Below the pieces are notes generated by a model. The model was not told where the DNA came from, ran no database searches, and was given only the letters and a program-made list of their open reading frames with translations. Positions 26,999 to 32,000 of a stretch of DNA of 32,000 nucleotides are shown here, one piece after another. This stretch comes from an uncultured Lentisphaeria bacterium. GTDB taxonomy: Bacteria > Verrucomicrobiota > Lentisphaeria > JABSQK01 > JAJFLO01. The stretch is from NCBI GenBank assembly GCA_951812855.1, contig OX638337.1:660001-692000 (forward strand), given 5' to 3'. A program made the translations under genes and the position numbers. Each line of letters starts with the position of its first letter. Positions within the stretch are counted from its first letter, which is position 1.

Positions 26999-27505
26999 AT
27001 GTCAAATCCAGTTATAGCAATTCTCATGGGCAGTAAATCAGACTACGAAAAAATTGAATCTGCAGTATCAATATTAAACAATTTTGATATTAACTATACA
27101 GTCCGGGTAATGTCAGCACATCGAACCCCGGACATTGTAACAGAATTTACTAAATCTGCAGCAGAAAACGGGTATAAAATTATTATTGCTGCAGCCGGTT
27201 GTGCTGCACATCTTGCAGGTGTAACAGCTGCTCACACAAATTTACCGGTAATCGGCATTCCCGTTCAGGGAGGTGCATTTCATGGTATGGATGCACTTCT
27301 GTCAACCGTACAAATGCCGGGAGGAGTTCCGGTAGCATCAATGTCTGTCGGTACCGGCGGGGGTAAAAATGCCGCACTGTTCGCGATAAGAATTCTAGCT
27401 CTTTCTGATGCTGAAACTGCAGAGAAACTAAATCGTTTTACAGTTAAACAAAGAGACGCCGTAATTAAGTCAGATGAAGACTTACAAAACAAATTAAATA
27501 AATGA
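26999..27505 (+). CDS. purE: 5-(carboxyamino)imidazole ribonucleotide mutase (class I PurE)
   Basis: VAILMGSKSDYEK, SAHRTPD (class I has Arg here; class II has Lys) and AAAGCAAHLAGVTAAHTNLPVIGIPV. AAGGA SD. Confidence 0.9.
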   Translation: MSNPVIAILMGSKSDYEKIESAVSILNNFDINYTVRVMSAHRTPDIVTEFTKSAAENGYKIIIAAAGCAAHLAGVTAAHTNLPVIGIPVQGGAFHGMDALLSTVQMPGGVPVASMSVGTGGGKNAALFAIRILALSDAETAEKLNRFTVKQRDAVIKSDEDLQNKLNK

Positions 27506-27569
27506 AAAAATATAGACGCAACTCTACCTATAGGCCTCCCTGTTCAGGCAGTATTGTACAAAATTAATA

Positions 27570-28175
27570 ATGCATATTTACGAACTTAATGATTCGTTTA
27601 CAGATCAACTTGTCAACGATATTTCACAACGACTAAGAAACGGGGAGGTTGGTATCATACCAACAGAAACAGTTTTTGGATTAATGTGTCTGTATGACAA
27701 TCATGAAGGACAACAAAAAATATTTGAAATAAAGAATCGGGACAAAGAAAAAAAATTACAAATTTTAATTGCGTCGATCACACAATTGGAGTGGATCAAC
27801 ATCAAACTGAATACGGATCTCCAGCACTTAACAAGTGTCTTCTGGCCGGGTCCATTAACACTTATAATAGAAAATAATCGTTGTGATGAACTCGGAGTCC
27901 GAGTACCAAATCATCGATTTGTACAAGCTATAATTAATACAGTAGAAAAACCCCTGGCAGCAACAAGTGCAAATCTTTCAGGGAATACCCCGTCAGACAG
28001 CTATAATCAAGAATTCAACGATTTAGATAACGAACCAGATTTTATGGTAAAATGTGAATTAGACAGTCATCAAGCGTCAACAATTATCAGATTTCATAAT
28101 AATAAACTGGAATTAATAAGAGAGGGTGCAATCATGTTCGATTCTATATTACAAAAATTTCCAAATCTTTTATAG
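27570..28175 (+). CDS. tsaC: L-threonylcarbamoyladenylate synthase (YrdC/TsaC family)
   Basis: IIPTETVFGLMC, WPGPLTLI, GVRVPNH and LAATSANLSGN; 201 aa, single-domain YrdC type. Confidence 0.85.
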   Translation: MHIYELNDSFTDQLVNDISQRLRNGEVGIIPTETVFGLMCLYDNHEGQQKIFEIKNRDKEKKLQILIASITQLEWINIKLNTDLQHLTSVFWPGPLTLIIENNRCDELGVRVPNHRFVQAIINTVEKPLAATSANLSGNTPSDSYNQEFNDLDNEPDFMVKCELDSHQASTIIRFHNNKLELIREGAIMFDSILQKFPNLL

Positions 28176-28267
28176 AAATATACGACGTTTCTTTCAACTC
28201 TATATTAACAAAAGAAACATGTATAAATATTGATATCGCAAACAAAATAAAATAGACATATTACGCA

Positions 28268-29542
28268 ATGTTCAGCCCTCAGGATTCAATAACTGCTTTA
28301 GAAATTGGAACAGCTTCAATAAAAGTCTTAATGGGTAAACCAAAAGAAGATGGATCGATAGCAATCATCGGATATGACGAAATTACGACTCTAAACAGAG
28401 TCATAAAAGGTGATGTAATCAATGTTCCTGCCGTTGCTGAATTATTGGGCCAGGTCCTCAATAACGTTGAAGCGGTATCAAGAGAAAAAATTCGTAAATT
28501 ATATGTTGCTGTAACCGGAAGTCATATAAAATCTATAAATGTCATTGGCAGTGTCCCCATTACCTCTCCAGATAGAATTATTACAAACAACGACATTGTA
28601 GAAGCTACCCGAAATGCCAGAGAATATAACCTTCCTTTAGCACAAAAAGATATTCATACCTATCAACGAACCTATATTATCGATGACACCCTGCGAGTAA
28701 GTAATCCAGAAGGTATGGCAGGAAATAAACTTACTGCCGATATTCATGTTATATATGGGAATTATAATAAAATTCAGACGATTTGCAGCATTATACATAA
28801 TGTTTTAGGCGCACCTGCGGATGATATTGCGTTTACCGGAATCGCTGATTTTTATGGACTGCCTGTTAATAACGATCATGCCAAAGGAACACTGGTCATT
28901 GATATTGGTGCAGGTGTAACAGAATATGTTGTTTTTTACAATGATGGATGTATGCATTCCGGTCAAATCACGGTAGGTTGTGAACATATAGCAAATGATC
29001 TGTCGATTGGATTGAGGATTCCGATCGATCACTGCAGAGAACTTTTAAAGCAATTAAAACAACAGGGTCTATCACTTATAGATGATCCAGACTCTGAAAG
29101 AGATATAGAAGTTCAAATGTCATTACAGCCTGCAAGAGTTTTTAAGGAATCAATTCCAAAACAAATTATCACACTGCGTTTAAATGAATTGTTTAAACTC
29201 ATAAAAGACGAATTGTCAACGTCATTCATCGATGAAGACCTGGATATGACTAAACTGCTGGGTGCCGGTATTATTTTATGTGGAGGAGGAGCACTTATTC
29301 CTGATATAAAGGTTTTAGCAAAATCAATTTTTAATTTTCCGGTAGAAATTGGATACCCACTCAATGTCAGCGGCGTCGGCAAAGAGATTAATTCACCTAA
29401 ATATATTACTCCCGTTGGATTACTTTATCTCGGACACCGGTTAGACTTATTGGAAAAGGAATCGACACCTACCTTTCGTCAAACAGTCAATGTTGAATTA
29501 AATAAACTCAAAAATTTAACACTGAAAGCATTTCGTTTTTGA
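28268..29542 (+). CDS. ftsA: cell division protein FtsA
   Basis: Actin-fold FtsA pattern: ALEIGTASIKVLMG, LVIDIGAGVTEYVVF and GIILCGGGALIPDI. The C-terminal amphipathic tail is LNKLKNLTLKAFRF. It is immediately upstream of ftsZ. Confidence 0.9.
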   Translation: MFSPQDSITALEIGTASIKVLMGKPKEDGSIAIIGYDEITTLNRVIKGDVINVPAVAELLGQVLNNVEAVSREKIRKLYVAVTGSHIKSINVIGSVPITSPDRIITNNDIVEATRNAREYNLPLAQKDIHTYQRTYIIDDTLRVSNPEGMAGNKLTADIHVIYGNYNKIQTICSIIHNVLGAPADDIAFTGIADFYGLPVNNDHAKGTLVIDIGAGVTEYVVFYNDGCMHSGQITVGCEHIANDLSIGLRIPIDHCRELLKQLKQQGLSLIDDPDSERDIEVQMSLQPARVFKESIPKQIITLRLNELFKLIKDELSTSFIDEDLDMTKLLGAGIILCGGGALIPDIKVLAKSIFNFPVEIGYPLNVSGVGKEINSPKYITPVGLLYLGHRLDLLEKESTPTFRQTVNVELNKLKNLTLKAFRF

Positions 29543-29613
29543 TTCTAATGTATTCAGGTCATCCCTGTTTTTCAGGATTTCCTGTAACTGCATCGGCCCG
29601 ATAAAGGTAAGCT

Positions 29614-30801
29614 ATGGAAGAAGATAAAATTCAATCCGCTATTATTGCAATTGGCGGAAGCGGAGGAAAGATACTTGGTAATATTGCTGAATCAGATGAA
29701 CTGAGGGACATTAAATTGATTCATGTCGACACAGATGAACACGATTTAATAGATAACAAAAATGTTCATAGTTTATTATTAAAAAATGATTGGACAGACA
29801 ATCAAGGCTGTGGCGGAAATGCAGTTACCGGTGAAAATGCTGCAGGTGAAAATATTGACTTAATTAAAGATCAAATCGAAAATATTAATTCACTTTTTGT
29901 AATCTCAGCTTTAGGACGGGGAACGGGCTCCGGGGCCGCAGTTCGCATCTCCAGATTAATAAAGGAAACAAAACTCCGTTCACTCTTTTTTGTAACCCTG
30001 CCGTTTTCGTTCGAAGGGAAAGAACAACAACAAACAGCAAATAATTCTTTGAGAAAGCTTCGGAAATCAACAGATATAGTCATTCCAATTCCCAACGAAT
30101 TAATATTCGACAATTGTCCAGAAGACAAGAAGGCACTTGATGCATTTGATACCGCAAATTCTATTCTGGCTCATTGTATCATTGGTATGTCAGAGTTGAT
30201 CCGCTTTCGAGGAATAATTCCAATTGATTATAGCAGCATTAAACAGGCTTTTAAAAATAAGGACGCGATCTGCTCATTTGGTATAGGCCGGGCAAATGGT
30301 GAAAATAAAATTACAGAAGCAGTCGATGACTTGCTAAAATCACCGATGCTTGGATATCCTGATTTTGTAAATAATGCTGATGTTGTCATCAGCTCTCTGA
30401 TTGCAGGCCAGGATCTCAATATTGGTGATATGAAAAAATGTCTCGAAATTCTTAACTCAAAATTAAATACATCAGTAAAAACAATTATCGGAGCAAATAC
30501 ATTCGCAAATTCGAATGAAAACATTAAAATTTATATGTTATCGGTCCAATATCAAAAAACGAGTTTCAATGATAATTCATCAATTGTTAAAGCTGTAAAA
30601 TATTCGTCAGATCCAAAAAAAAATCGGCGACGAAAAAGGAATGAGCAGTTATCCAACGAGCAAATGGCATTACCATTTATAGATGAAGGACTTTCATTAG
30701 GAATTTTTGCTGAAGTCAATGCTACAATTCACCATGATCAAAATCTTGATATACCAACATTTCAACGACATGGAATCAGTATTATGTTGGACAAAAAATA
30801 A
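29614..30801 (+). CDS. ftsZ: cell division GTPase FtsZ, highly divergent
   Basis: Collinear with E. coli FtsZ: IAIGGSGGKI (GGGGGN box), HVDTDEHDL (NTDAQAL), SALGRGTGSGAA (GGGTGTGAA), LPFSFEGKEQ (KPFNFEGKKR), IPIPNE (IPND), GIIPIDYSSIK (T7 loop NVDFADV). A basic linker and the C-terminal peptide LDIPTFQRH (DIPAFLRK) follow. Confidence 0.8.
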   Translation: MEEDKIQSAIIAIGGSGGKILGNIAESDELRDIKLIHVDTDEHDLIDNKNVHSLLLKNDWTDNQGCGGNAVTGENAAGENIDLIKDQIENINSLFVISALGRGTGSGAAVRISRLIKETKLRSLFFVTLPFSFEGKEQQQTANNSLRKLRKSTDIVIPIPNELIFDNCPEDKKALDAFDTANSILAHCIIGMSELIRFRGIIPIDYSSIKQAFKNKDAICSFGIGRANGENKITEAVDDLLKSPMLGYPDFVNNADVVISSLIAGQDLNIGDMKKCLEILNSKLNTSVKTIIGANTFANSNENIKIYMLSVQYQKTSFNDNSSIVKAVKYSSDPKKNRRRKRNEQLSNEQMALPFIDEGLSLGIFAEVNATIHHDQNLDIPTFQRHGISIMLDKK

Positions 30802-30909
30802 AAACAATTTGTAAATTTAGTGTCAGTTAGTTGCACCTAAAAATCTTGGCTGTCCAGCGAGGCATCAAACTAAATATTCGAATGAACAAAACACAACAAA
30901 AATATAGAA

Positions 30910-32000
30910 ATGAAAAAAACTGCATTAATTTCTGGAATAACAGGTCAGGATGGCTCGTTTTTAGCTGAATTACTTTTAGAAAAAGATTATCAGGTTCATG
31001 GTATTATAAGACGTTCATCATCCTTCAATACCGAAAGAATAGATCATTTATATCATGACATCCATGCTAAGGGTGAACTCCTGTTCTTACATTATGGTGA
31101 CTTGTCGGATTCATCCAGTTTGCGCAATTTAATCATGCACACAAAACCGGATGAAGTCTATAATTTAGGCGCACAATCCCACGTAAAAGTATCCTTCGAA
31201 CAACCTGAATACACCGCAGATATTTCAGGACTTGGAACCCTGAGAATTCTAGATGCAGTTCGTGATGGGCAAGAGGATTTGGGTAAAAAAATTCGCTTTT
31301 ATCAGGCATCATCATCTGAAATGTTCGGAAAGGTTCAAGAGGTACCTCAAACAGAGAAAACACCCTTTTACCCACGTTCCCCTTACGGGTGTGCCAAGGT
31401 ATACGGATTCTGGCAGACAGTAAACTATAGAGAAGCCTATAATATGCATTGCAGCAACGGGATACTGTTCAATCATGAATCTGAACGGCGCGGCGAAACA
31501 TTTGTAACTCGAAAGATAACACGGGCTGCAACCCGGATTATATTTGGATTACAGGAAAAATTATACCTCGGGAATTTAGATGCAAAACGCGATTGGGGTT
31601 ATGCACTTGACTACGTCAAAGCAATGTGGTCGATCTTACAGCAAGACCAACCGGATGACTATGTCATTGCAACCAATGAAACCCACAGTGTTCGCAGTTT
31701 CGTTGAACTTGTTTTCCAGCATCTTGGTATTGAGATTGAATGGCAGGGAAGCGGGATGGACGAAATTGGTGTTGTAAAATCAATTTCAAAAACCAAAGAA
31801 AATGCACCTTACAGCCTAAAAATCGGCGATTACATTGTGGCAATTAACGAACGCTATTTTAGACCCTCCGAAGTTGAAACATTGCTTGGGGATCCGAAGA
31901 AAGCAAAGGAAAAGTTAGGGTGGAAACCAGAAGTTGATATTAAAAAACTGGCAGAAATCATGACTGATCACGATTACGAATTAGCTGATAATGAGCACCG
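30910..32000 (+). CDS. gmd: GDP-mannose 4,6-dehydratase (3' end beyond window)
   Basis: Absent from the ORF track because no stop occurs before the edge. My own translation from the ATG at 30910 gives [48 protein letters not shown]..., [20 protein letters not shown] (YxxxK) and [17 protein letters not shown]. It is open to position 32000. Confidence 0.9.
   Translation, partial: MKKTALISGITGQDGSFLAELLLEKDYQVHGIIRRSSSFNTERIDHLYHDIHAKGELLFLHYGDLSDSSSLRNLIMHTKPDEVYNLGAQSHVKVSFEQPEYTADISGLGTLRILDAVRDGQEDLGKKIRFYQASSSEMFGKVQEVPQTEKTPFYPRSPYGCAKVYGFWQTVNYREAYNMHCSNGILFNHESERRGETFVTRKITRAATRIIFGLQEKLYLGNLDAKRDWGYALDYVKAMWSILQQDQPDDYVIATNETHSVRSFVELVFQHLGIEIEWQGSGMDEIGVVKSISKTKENAPYSLKIGDYIVAINERYFRPSEVETLLGDPKKAKEKLGWKPEVDIKKLAEIMTDHDYELADNEH

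Noticed and set aside
30615-30623. A9 run inside ftsZ as a possible slip-strand switch
   Set aside because: The gene is in frame across it (it encodes the KKN of the basic linker). A/T runs of this length are common in this AT-rich sequence, unlike the G12 tract.
1-32000. Window-wide look for CRISPR arrays, IS/transposon ends, integrases, tRNA-flanked islands, and defence genes (nucleases, helicases, STAND/AAA ATPases, TA pairs)
   Set aside because: I saw no regularly spaced direct repeats, no recombinase-like ORFs, and no defence-associated domains. The window reads as core chromosome apart from the acyltransferase/methyltransferase islet.

Overview
This is a densely coding, AT-rich (by eye about 35-40% GC) bacterial chromosomal segment. 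I can support about 27 protein genes. I see no rRNA, tRNA, CRISPR array, transposase or integrase. Most content is housekeeping or core metabolism: ilvE, rsmG, a CPBP protease, a SAM methyltransferase, an AI-2E transporter, a PPi-type phosphofructokinase next to a GH94-like glycoside phosphorylase, a YejABE-type peptide ABC importer, argS, an EF-G II paralog, a five-domain S1 protein, purE, tsaC, ftsA with a very divergent ftsZ, and the first ~1.1 kb of gmd. The divergent FtsZ, EF-G II and PPi-PFK fit a PVC-type (Lentisphaerae/Verrucomicrobia-like) or similarly deep-branching lineage, but that is inference only. The most unusual locus is 3.8-5.9 kb on the minus strand. An acyltransferase-3 gene there has a strong SD and a canonical N-terminus, but a 12-nt G homopolymer breaks its frame, which looks like a phase-variation switch. 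A perfect 24-bp palindrome lies upstream of it. Its stop overlaps (ATGA) the start of a stand-alone class-B PBP 'pedestal' domain protein that has no transpeptidase domain. I propose this pair as a switchable envelope-modification module; this is the best candidate for something undescribed. Lesser oddities are a single-NBD Yej-type transporter with a ~190-aa permease insertion, a decayed TAXI-type binding-protein relic, two ~600-bp intergenic spacers containing structured elements, and a 263-aa protein I cannot place. I found no convincing defence island or mobile element.
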